A DNA stretch of 58,947 nt, from the NCBI GenBank assembly GCA_947631045.1, contig CANRJV010000002.1, positions 1-58,947 of the forward strand. The letters are read 5' to 3'. Origin of the DNA: an uncultured Bacilli bacterium (GTDB taxonomy: Bacteria > Bacillota_I > Bacilli_A > RF39 > UBA660). Within the stretch, counting starts at the first letter, position 1; each line of letters opens with the position of its first letter. Of the stretch, positions 8,560-16,628 are shown piece after piece. Made by a program: the position numbers and the translations under genes. Below the pieces are notes generated by a model. The model was not told the origin of the DNA and made no database searches. It saw only the letters and a list, made by a program, of their open reading frames with translations.

Positions 8560-10746
8560 ATGTACGCAGAAGTTTTAATCGAATATCCAACGAAAAAAAT
8601 TGATAAATATTTTACTTATAAAATTCCTTCTAATTATGAAAATATTTTAAAACCGGGAATGAAAGTCAAAGTACCTTTTGGGAGTAAAATTATCAATGGC
8701 TTTGTTATGCAAATAAAAGATAGTTTCGAGGCCACTTATGAATTAAAAGAAATAACTGATGTCGTTGACCCCGAATTAATATTAAATGATGAATTATTAA
8801 AACTAGGCCTATATTTAGAAGAAAAAACTTTATGTCCTAAAATATCGGCATATCAAACGATGTTGCCGGCTTCTTTAAAAATAAAAGATAATGATACTAA
8901 TTATACATACTATAAATCTTATTTGATTTTAAATAAATCTAAAGAAGAAATAGAAGAATATCTAAAAACTTATGATAAAGAAAATGCTCAAACTTTTCTT
9001 TTAAAAACTTTATTAAAAGAAGAGCGAGTTTTAAAAAAAGATTATAATTCTTATACGATAAAATCTTTAAAAGAAAAAGAATTAATTAAAGAGATAAAAG
9101 AACAAGAATATCGCATTCAAAAAGAGAAAAATAATAATGTTATTAAACATAAATTAAATGATGAACAAGAGAGGGCTTTTGAAGAAATAAAAAATACTTC
9201 TTCTTTTACCACTTTTTTACTTGAAGGAATAACTGGTAGTGGTAAAACGGAGGTTTATTTAAATTTAATTGAAGATACTATCAAAAAAGGTAAAACGGCC
9301 ATTATGTTAATTCCCGAAATTAGTTTAACCGTGGCTTTAGTAAATCGTTTTTATGAATGGTTTGGTTCAAAAGTAGCCATCTTTCATAGTGCTCTTTCCA
9401 ATGGGGAGAAATATGATGAATACTTAAAAATAATAAGAGGAGAAGTAAGCGTTGTTGTTGGTACGCGTTCGGCTATTTTTGTTCCTTTAGAAAATATTGG
9501 GATCATTATTATTGATGAAGAACATAGCGATACTTTTAAACAAGATAATATGCCAAGATATAATGCCAAAGATATTGCTTTAAAAAGAGGAGAATACCAT
9601 AATTGTCCTGTTGTTTTAGGAAGTGCGACTCCGACTTTAGAAGTAAGAGCGAGGGCCATGAAAGGAGTTTATAAGCATTTAAGACTTACGAAAAGAGCAG
9701 GAGAAGGAACCCTTCCTAAAGTAACCATTGTAGATATGGTAATGGAAGCTAAAAAAAGAAATTTTATTTTTAGTGATTTATTATTAGAAAAATTAAAGGA
9801 AACATTAAAAAGGAAAGAACAAGCCTTACTTTTATTAAATAGAAGAGGGTATTCGACTATTATTAATTGTTCATCTTGTGGTTTTACTTATAAATGTCCT
9901 AATTGTGATATTACCCTAACTTATCATAAATCATCTAATAATTTAAGATGCCATTATTGTGGTTATACGATTTCCAAAGATGATAAGTGTCCTAATTGTC
10001 ATGAAGATGGTCTTAACTATTTAGGTATGGGGACCGAAAAAGTTATGGAAGAGTTATTAAAAGTTCTTCCGGATGCTAAAGTCATTAGAATGGACCAAGA
10101 TACAACAACTAAAAAAGGAGCCCATGAAAAAATAATCGCGAGCTTTCGTAATCACGAATATGATATTTTACTAGGAACGCAAATGATTAGTAAAGGTTTA
10201 GATTTTCCGAATGTTACTTTAGTCGGAGTTATTAATGCCGATAGTTCTTTAAATATTCCAGATTTTCGGAGTAATGAAAAAACTTTTGCTCTTTTATATC
10301 AAGCCAGTGGAAGAGCGGGAAGAGCTAGTTTAAAAGGTGAAGTAATCTTACAAACATATAATCCGGATAATTATGTTTTAAGTTGTGTAAGAGAAAACAA
10401 TTTTAATAAATTTTTTGCTTATGAAATGAACATCAGAAAAATCTTAAAATATCCACCTTATTATTATTTAGTCGCTTTAAAAATCGTATCTAAAGATTAC
10501 AATATTGCTTTAGAAAATGCCACTAAAATTGTTAATTATTTAAAGAAAAATGTTTCCTCATCATCTATTGTTTTAGGCCCATCAACAGCAAGTTTGTTTA
10601 AATTTAATAATACGTATCGTTTTCAAGTAGTTATCAAATATCGTTTTGATGATAAATTATTTAAAATATTAAAATATCTAGATAGTATATATATAAATGA
10701 AAATAAGGTCAATTTAGAAATTGATATTGACCCATTACATATTTAA
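8560..10746 (+). CDS. priA: primosomal protein N' (replication restart helicase PriA)
   Basis: 728 aa. Walker A GITGSGKTEVY, DEEH box (IIIDEEHSD), and the Cys-rich zinc-binding insertion (CSSCG...CPNC...CHYCG...CPNC). Confidence 0.97.
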   Translation: MYAEVLIEYPTKKIDKYFTYKIPSNYENILKPGMKVKVPFGSKIINGFVMQIKDSFEATYELKEITDVVDPELILNDELLKLGLYLEEKTLCPKISAYQTMLPASLKIKDNDTNYTYYKSYLILNKSKEEIEEYLKTYDKENAQTFLLKTLLKEERVLKKDYNSYTIKSLKEKELIKEIKEQEYRIQKEKNNNVIKHKLNDEQERAFEEIKNTSSFTTFLLEGITGSGKTEVYLNLIEDTIKKGKTAIMLIPEISLTVALVNRFYEWFGSKVAIFHSALSNGEKYDEYLKIIRGEVSVVVGTRSAIFVPLENIGIIIIDEEHSDTFKQDNMPRYNAKDIALKRGEYHNCPVVLGSATPTLEVRARAMKGVYKHLRLTKRAGEGTLPKVTIVDMVMEAKKRNFIFSDLLLEKLKETLKRKEQALLLLNRRGYSTIINCSSCGFTYKCPNCDITLTYHKSSNNLRCHYCGYTISKDDKCPNCHEDGLNYLGMGTEKVMEELLKVLPDAKVIRMDQDTTTKKGAHEKIIASFRNHEYDILLGTQMISKGLDFPNVTLVGVINADSSLNIPDFRSNEKTFALLYQASGRAGRASLKGEVILQTYNPDNYVLSCVRENNFNKFFAYEMNIRKILKYPPYYYLVALKIVSKDYNIALENATKIVNYLKKNVSSSSIVLGPSTASLFKFNNTYRFQVVIKYRFDDKLFKILKYLDSIYINENKVNLEIDIDPLHI

Positions 10747-10749
10747 TAA

Positions 10750-10790
10750 AAAAGAAGATAATTAGTTTTTAACAACTTTATCTTCTTTTT
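10750..10790. terminator. bidirectional terminator between priA and the convergent RHH gene
   Basis: AAGAAGATA (10752-10760) pairs with TATCTTCTT (10779-10787). An A-run lies upstream and a T-run downstream. The hairpin overlaps the 3' end of the RHH CDS. Confidence 0.6.
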
Positions 10791-10929
10791 TCATATCTTT
10801 TTCTTTTTCAACTTCATTTTTAAGAATGTAAACAATTTGAGCATTAATACTCCTTTCATTTTTATCAGCTAATTTCTTAACTTCTTCAAATAAATCTTCA
10901 TCAATTCTTAAAATATATTCTTTTCTCAT
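10762..10929 (-). CDS. ribbon-helix-helix (Arc/CopG-type) DNA-binding protein; not in the supplied ORF track
   Basis: My own translation gives 55 aa: MRKEYILRIDEDLFEEVKKLADKNERSINAQIVYILKNEVEKEKDMKKEDKVVKN. It has the beta-strand / helix / helix pattern typical of RHH repressors. Divergent from the 792-aa gene. Confidence 0.75.
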   Translation of the reverse strand: MRKEYILRIDEDLFEEVKKLADKNERSINAQIVYILKNEVEKEKDMKKEDKVVKN

Positions 10930-10944
10930 AATACTATCTCTTTC

Positions 10945-11064
10945 TGATATCTATATGATATTATTAATTTGCTAGTTTTTATAGATGTCAAATTGATATC
11001 ATTTTGATTGAATAAAAATATTTAATGTATTATAATTTATTTAGATATCATATGGATATCATAT
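10945..11064. promoter_or_regulatory. divergent promoter region with three GATATC-type operator repeats
   Basis: Site 1 GATATCtatatGATAT (10945-), site 2 GATGTCaaattGATATC (10984-), site 3 GATATCatatgGATATC (11044-). Hexamers are spaced about one helical turn apart. Putative + strand promoter TTGAAT (11008-11013), 17 nt, TATAAT (11031-11036). The minus-strand TTGACA overlaps site 2. Confidence 0.6.
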
Positions 11065-11121
11065 TTGTTTTGTAATAATTGTTCGGTATTTTAAACATAA
11101 TAAATATAAGGAGTATAAATT

Positions 11122-13500
11122 ATGGTATATGATAATAGTAAAAGGAAAGTAATAATAGGAAGTATAGTGGCAGTAGTATTTTTATTGGTAATGATAATCG
11201 GAGCCACTTATGCCTATTTTTCCATAAATGTAAGTGGAGATAAAACAAGTACCAGTATTAATATTGAAACAGGAAGTGCCGATTATGTTGCTATAAAACA
11301 AGGTATTTCCAACTTACATATTAATTTATCAGTATCAGATATGTCCTCAAGTAGTAATATTAATGAATTTTATGCCACAAATGTCGAAAGTGAAAAATAT
11401 AAAACTAGTCGAAATGATGGGATTTTAGAATTTGCTAAAATAGAGATGAGTAGTAAAGAAGATTTAAAAGATAATTGTACATTTGATGTAGTATTAACTA
11501 TAGATACAAAAGAGAATTCTATGGGAAGAGTTTTACAAAATGGTGATGCAGAGTTTTACGTTGAGATAGGAGATTATAATGTAACATATGATTTAAGCAC
11601 ATTATTATCAGATCCAATACAAGATGAAGCAAAAAAAGAAATCAAAATGGAGACTAGTGTAACAAGTAGTAATCCTGCTGTAATTAAAGGATATTTAAAA
11701 ATAAATAATACTAATACTTATCAAAGTTATCTAGCAGGAAAAGCATTAAATATAAAAATAGATGCAAATAATTTAAAATGTGAATCAAGCAAAAAAGCAA
11801 GTGATATAGTAGTAAGGAATCCTCAAATAGAGACATTAGAACAAATGCAAGCAAGAAATGAAGGGATAAAATCAGCAGGAGGAGATGTTCAAGACGATTT
11901 AAGAAGATTTGTCGGAGATTATACAACAATTACAGATAACTTTATCTGTTTTGGAACAACTGATAAAGATGAATGCACAAGTAATAGAGATACCTATATG
12001 TATCGAATAATAGGAGTTGATACTCAAAATAGATTAAAATTAATCAAAGCAACAAAAATAGTAAAAGATGATGTAAATATATTTAAGTGGAATTCAGATT
12101 ATTCATCTGATATAAAATGGAATGCATCTGAATTATATAGTGGGTTAAATAGTGATTATTTTAAAGAGAATACAAAATATAGTTATATGCAAGACGCTCA
12201 TTGGACCAATTTAATTGATAAGCCATCATACTATGTTGGAGATTCAAAAAATACAACCAATCCGCAATTATTTAATAATGAAAGAAAAGAGAATTTTGTT
12301 GGTGAAAGCATAAGTTTAATATATCTAAGTGATTATTTATACGCAACCGATGGTGAAACTGATGTGGACAATTGGTTATTTATAGGAAATGGTTTAAATG
12401 GCGCACCAAATACTCCGGCTGAGACACCAAATCCATCATTAGATAAAGATTCTGAATGGACTATGTCGCGGTATGGTGTGGGCCTCACTAATTACTTTGC
12501 GCGGTTTGTGAATGGTGACGGGACTGTGAACAACAACTATGTGAACACTCCGTATGCGGTTCGCCCAGTCTTATATTTAAAAAGTTCAGTAAATATAACA
12601 AGTGGTAGTGGAAGTATAGATTCACCATATATATTAGATACATCATTAATTTCAAGTGAAATAACATCTCCTAATTTAGAAACTGAAATACAACTAAATG
12701 AAAGAAATGAAGAGATAACAACAGCAGGAGGAGAAGTACAAGACGACTTAAGAAGATTTGTAGGAGAATATACAGCAGTAACAGATAACTTTATTTGTTT
12801 TGGAACAAATGATAAAGATACATGTAAAGAAAATATGGATACCTATATGTATCGAATAATCGGTGTAGATACTCAAAATAGATTAAAGGTAATTAAAGCA
12901 ACAAAAATAGTTAAAGATAATGAAAGTAAATTTGCTTGGAATTTAGATTATCAATCTGATATAAAATGGAATGCATCTGAATTATATAGTGGGTTAAATG
13001 GTGATTACTTTATAAATAATTCAAATTATGCTTATATGCAAAATACGCAATGGACCAATTTAATATCACCTACAACATATTATATAGGAGACTCAGGTGA
13101 ATTAAATGTTACCAATTCACAAATGTTTAATAATGAAAGAAAAGAGAATTTTAACAATGGCAACAATATTAGTTTAATGTATATGAGTGATTACTTATAT
13201 GCTAATAATGGAACAGCTGATACCAATAATTGGTTATTTATAGCCAATGGATTAAATGGGGCCAAAAATAATGGAATCGGTGCCATTCAACCAACAGCAG
13301 AATACGAATGGCCAATGACCAGGTATGGCGCCTACACCGGTCCATACCATGCGTGGCTTGTTGGTTATAACGGGGCTATGACCATCTGTCGTTTCTTTGA
13401 ACTGCGTGCGGTGCGTCCTGTCTTCTATTTATCATCAAGAGTTAGGCTGAATGGAACTGGTACCATAGATAATCCATATTACATAACTAATGCAATTTAG
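11122..13500 (+). CDS. secreted two-module surface protein with a TasA/SipW-type signal and two hypervariable C-type-lectin-like cassettes
   Basis: 792 aa. N-terminal TM ends in GATYAYFS (SipW-cognate-like). Two ~283-aa modules each end in W..M.RYG...A..V...G......AVRPV.YL. Confidence 0.85.
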   Translation: MVYDNSKRKVIIGSIVAVVFLLVMIIGATYAYFSINVSGDKTSTSINIETGSADYVAIKQGISNLHINLSVSDMSSSSNINEFYATNVESEKYKTSRNDGILEFAKIEMSSKEDLKDNCTFDVVLTIDTKENSMGRVLQNGDAEFYVEIGDYNVTYDLSTLLSDPIQDEAKKEIKMETSVTSSNPAVIKGYLKINNTNTYQSYLAGKALNIKIDANNLKCESSKKASDIVVRNPQIETLEQMQARNEGIKSAGGDVQDDLRRFVGDYTTITDNFICFGTTDKDECTSNRDTYMYRIIGVDTQNRLKLIKATKIVKDDVNIFKWNSDYSSDIKWNASELYSGLNSDYFKENTKYSYMQDAHWTNLIDKPSYYVGDSKNTTNPQLFNNERKENFVGESISLIYLSDYLYATDGETDVDNWLFIGNGLNGAPNTPAETPNPSLDKDSEWTMSRYGVGLTNYFARFVNGDGTVNNNYVNTPYAVRPVLYLKSSVNITSGSGSIDSPYILDTSLISSEITSPNLETEIQLNERNEEITTAGGEVQDDLRRFVGEYTAVTDNFICFGTNDKDTCKENMDTYMYRIIGVDTQNRLKVIKATKIVKDNESKFAWNLDYQSDIKWNASELYSGLNGDYFINNSNYAYMQNTQWTNLISPTTYYIGDSGELNVTNSQMFNNERKENFNNGNNISLMYMSDYLYANNGTADTNNWLFIANGLNGAKNNGIGAIQPTAEYEWPMTRYGAYTGPYHAWLVGYNGAMTICRFFELRAVRPVFYLSSRVRLNGTGTIDNPYYITNAI
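11830..13497 (+). repeat. intragenic tandem duplication (two ~849-852-nt modules)
   Basis: For example, TCTGATATAAAATGGAATGCATCTGAATTATATAGTGGGTTAAAT occurs at 12106 and again at 12955 (offset 849). A 90-nt stretch I compared (11881 versus its counterpart in module 2) had 10 mismatches. Confidence 0.9.
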
Positions 13501-13527
13501 AGGGGAATATTTCCTCTCTTTTAATAA
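13500..13527 (+). terminator. rho-independent terminator after the 792-aa gene
   Basis: GAGGGGAA/TTCCTCTC 8-bp stem (one G-U pair), 3-nt loop, then TTTT. Confidence 0.6.
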
Positions 13528-13573
13528 TATAAAAATTATGATATAATCTATATTAGAATACAAGGAGAGCATT

Positions 13574-15496
13574 ATGAGTGATGATTTTAATTATGATAAT
13601 GAGATAATTGAGTTAGAAAGTGATTCTAGTGATGAAGAAGTAGAAGTATTAGATACTTTGGAAGAAGAAGGAAAAGAAAAAAAGAAAAAGAAGAAAAAGA
13701 AGAAAAAAAGTAGGAGAAGTTTAAAAGATTGGTGGAGTGATTTATCAAAAGGTGGTAAATTAGGAATTATTTTAGGAATAGGTTTATTACTTCTTTTAAT
13801 TGCGGGATTAATTATTTATTTTGTCATATTTAGAAAAGATGAAGAAAAAGAGGAACCAAAAGACCCTGTTATTGTGGAAAAAGATAACTATCGATATGAA
13901 AATGGTAAATTAATCTTTTTAGATATTTATGATAAAGAAATAGGTAGTTATGAATGTAGTGAAAAAGATAGCGAAAAATGTTTTGTTGCTAAACCTGATT
14001 ACTCTAATGATGAAATGGAAAGAATTATTAGTGTTAATGAATTAGGGGAAGAAATTATTAAAAATAGTCAAATATATAGTAATAATTATGTTTTTATTAA
14101 TGATAATAATAAAGAATTCTTATATGATATAAAGAAAAATGAAAGTATTTTAGATGTTACTAATTTTAAAACTTATAGTACGAATAAAGATGTTGTAGTT
14201 ATTGAAGATGAATCTAATAAATATGGTTTAATTGAAATAAATAATAATGGTTTTGATTATTTAATTAGACCAAGTTATGATAACTTAGGAATAATTAATG
14301 GTAATTTAATTTATTTAGTAGCCAAAGATAAAACTGATAATTATATAATAGATAGTACAGGTAAAAAGATTAGTGAAGTTATACCTGGAACAATTAAAAG
14401 TGCTAATAGTGATTATATAGTTAGTCTAAATAGTAATAAATACGATTTATATGCTTATGATAAATCAAAATTATTAGAAAGTTATGATTATATTGGATTA
14501 CATGAAAATGTTATATCTTTAGTTAAAAGTAGTAGATTATATCTTTTAGACAATAATTTAAGTAAATTAAATGAGGAAGGGATTAGATTAACTTCAAATG
14601 ATTATGTTAAAAAATATGTTTATGATGAAAATAAAAATTTAAAAGAAACTAAGGTTGCTTATGAGATTAGTATGGGTGATAATGCGATATTAATTAATTT
14701 AGGTAATGAAACAAAGAGCCTTAACTTATATGAAGGTATTGTTTCTAGTGGTATATCATATCTTAGCTATTTTGATGGAACTTTATACTTTTATAAAGAT
14801 GATGAAAAATTAGATTTATTAAGTACTTATAAATGTAATAATAAAAATGAAATAAATTCTAGTACTAGTACCTTTAATAAATGTAATCTTTATCAAAAAG
14901 ATGGTAAATATACAGGAATTTATAATAATCAATATGTCTTTATATATGATAATATATCCGATACTGATGCTAAGATTTATTTATACGATTTAAAAACTAA
15001 AAAAGTAAAAGGAACATATAGTAGTCTAGAACTTACAAATAGTGTGGAACTTAATGACGATGTAAGACAACTAGAAACAACTTCTTCTTATTTCATTGCT
15101 AAAAGTGCTGTTGGTAATAATACAGGTAATTATGGTGTTATTGAAATAAATAGTAGTACTGTTAAAGGTAAAATTGAATTTAAATATAAAAATATTAAAT
15201 ACAATAATAAATATTATTTAATGATTAATGATGATTCATATGTTGTTTATGATGATACTTTCAAAAAGATTAGTAATGAATTTGACTATATCGATTTATA
15301 TGATGATTATTATGTGGGAATTAAAAATAATTCCTTAAATGTTTATAAATATAGTAGTGCTCTTGGTATCTTAAGTTGGGATTTAGATGTTTCTGATAAT
15401 AAATATGAAATTGAATTTGATGACAAAGGATTTATAATTACAATTAATAATTCTGAACATAAATACGATAAAGATGGGTATACCAGATATGATTAA
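13574..15496 (+). CDS. single-pass membrane protein with an acidic/poly-Lys cytoplasmic head and a large repeat-rich ectodomain
   Basis: 640 aa. D/E-rich N-terminus, K11 run, TM GKLGIILGIGLLLLLIAGLIIYFVIF. N/Y/D-rich beta-repeat region with weak WG-like units (NKYGLIEINNNGFDYLIRPSYD). Confidence 0.75.
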   Translation: MSDDFNYDNEIIELESDSSDEEVEVLDTLEEEGKEKKKKKKKKKKSRRSLKDWWSDLSKGGKLGIILGIGLLLLLIAGLIIYFVIFRKDEEKEEPKDPVIVEKDNYRYENGKLIFLDIYDKEIGSYECSEKDSEKCFVAKPDYSNDEMERIISVNELGEEIIKNSQIYSNNYVFINDNNKEFLYDIKKNESILDVTNFKTYSTNKDVVVIEDESNKYGLIEINNNGFDYLIRPSYDNLGIINGNLIYLVAKDKTDNYIIDSTGKKISEVIPGTIKSANSDYIVSLNSNKYDLYAYDKSKLLESYDYIGLHENVISLVKSSRLYLLDNNLSKLNEEGIRLTSNDYVKKYVYDENKNLKETKVAYEISMGDNAILINLGNETKSLNLYEGIVSSGISYLSYFDGTLYFYKDDEKLDLLSTYKCNNKNEINSSTSTFNKCNLYQKDGKYTGIYNNQYVFIYDNISDTDAKIYLYDLKTKKVKGTYSSLELTNSVELNDDVRQLETTSSYFIAKSAVGNNTGNYGVIEINSSTVKGKIEFKYKNIKYNNKYYLMINDDSYVVYDDTFKKISNEFDYIDLYDDYYVGIKNNSLNVYKYSSALGILSWDLDVSDNKYEIEFDDKGFIITINNSEHKYDKDGYTRYD

Positions 15497-16415
15497 TAAA
15501 AAAACAGTATTGGTAACAATTATTATTTTGCTTTGTATTTTTGCTCCTTTAACGGTTGTTAGTTATTTTCTCAAAGAAGAAAAAAATCCTTTTGATAAGA
15601 ATCCTCATCATGATTTTTATTATAAAAATATGCTTTGGTTTTATGATGAAGATGATAAACTAGTAAACACTTTTGCTTGTACAACTGATACTTGTAATTA
15701 TGCATCTTCCATAATTAAGGATGATTCTTATGAGATTAATTATTATAAAAATGGTTCTTTAACGCAAACTAGTTTAATAAATAATGATTATGCTTTTATT
15801 AAAGATGGGGCTTTAATTAAACTTTTTAGTGTTAAACAAGGAAGTGTTTTACAAAATTATAAAACTATAAATACTTATAATACGAATATTGAAAATGATG
15901 CTTATATTTTAGAAAATGAAAATAATTTATGGGGAGTTGTTAGTTTAAAAGAAAATATTATGAGTATTCTTCCTTTTGAATATAGTTATATTGCTCTAAA
16001 AGATAATGTGGTTGATGGTATACTTAGTAGTAAAACATTTATTGTGGAGAAAGATGATAAATGGTATTTAGTTAGTGATGATAATACTTCCTTAACATCT
16101 TTATATAATGAGCCTATAGTGGATTATAACAATAGATATGTGATTACTAAAAAAGAGGGAAGAGTTAGAATTTATAATTATGCGGGCTTAGAATATTTAC
16201 CTAATGAGTTTGTTAGTGATTATGTATTAGAAGGTAATTATTTAGGAATTATTAGTCAAAATGTTTTCTATTTATATAATAATTTAGATTCAAACTATTT
16301 AAAGGCTATTACTTTAAATGAGGAAGAAAGTAATATAGAGATGGAAATAGATAACAATAATATTGTCATCAAATCTAATGGTAATGTTATTGATACTCTT
16401 GCGCTTACGGCATAA
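15474..16415 (+). CDS. shorter membrane-anchored paralogue of the preceding ectodomain protein
   Basis: 313 aa. TM VLVTIIILLCIFAPLTVVSYF. Shares Cys-containing and NDYAFIKDG/NNYVFINDN-type segments with 13574-15496. Overlaps the upstream gene; an alternative ATG lies at 15489. Confidence 0.75.
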   Translation: MGIPDMINKKTVLVTIIILLCIFAPLTVVSYFLKEEKNPFDKNPHHDFYYKNMLWFYDEDDKLVNTFACTTDTCNYASSIIKDDSYEINYYKNGSLTQTSLINNDYAFIKDGALIKLFSVKQGSVLQNYKTINTYNTNIENDAYILENENNLWGVVSLKENIMSILPFEYSYIALKDNVVDGILSSKTFIVEKDDKWYLVSDDNTSLTSLYNEPIVDYNNRYVITKKEGRVRIYNYAGLEYLPNEFVSDYVLEGNYLGIISQNVFYLYNNLDSNYLKAITLNEEESNIEMEIDNNNIVIKSNGNVIDTLALTA

Positions 16416-16444
16416 TTTTGATAAAATAAAATAAATTTATATGA

Positions 16445-16616
16445 TGAAGTTGAGGGATATAGGCTGTTTTTTAAAGAGAATTAGTGGTTGGTGCAAACTA
16501 AGAAAAAACGAATATATTTGTTGCAATGGAATATAAAAGCAGAAATGCGTTAAAATTTAAAGAACAAATAAAGGTGGTACCGCGGTAATTTCGCCCTTTG
16601 GTGTCATCTTTTTTTA
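16445..16616 (+). promoter_or_regulatory. T-box leader (tRNA-sensing riboswitch) upstream of valS
   Basis: Conserved T-box core AAAGGTGGTACCGCGG at ~16569-16586. AGAGA-type box (AAAGAGAATTAGTGG) earlier in the leader. A T-run precedes the valS RBS. I did not assign the specifier codon. Confidence 0.75.
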
Positions 16617-16628
16617 ATGGAGGTTATT

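Noticed and set aside
12454-13431. A single shared DGR template for both hypervariable cassettes, or one cassette acting as the template for the other.
   Set aside because: The two cassettes differ at 51 of 126 positions. Many differences involve non-adenine bases in both copies (for example GTG/GCC, CTC/ACC), so neither fits the other under adenine-specific mutagenesis. I also found no third copy and no reverse-transcriptase-like ORF (no YxDD-type motif) anywhere in the window.
13671-13710. The A-rich poly-Lys tract as a programmed frameshift or phase-variation site.
   Set aside because: The tract is interrupted by G every few bases (AAAAAAAGAAAAAGAAGAAAAAGAAGAAAAAAAG) and the reading frame is intact. 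Without read-level data there is no evidence of slippage. It is mentioned only within the finding on that gene.
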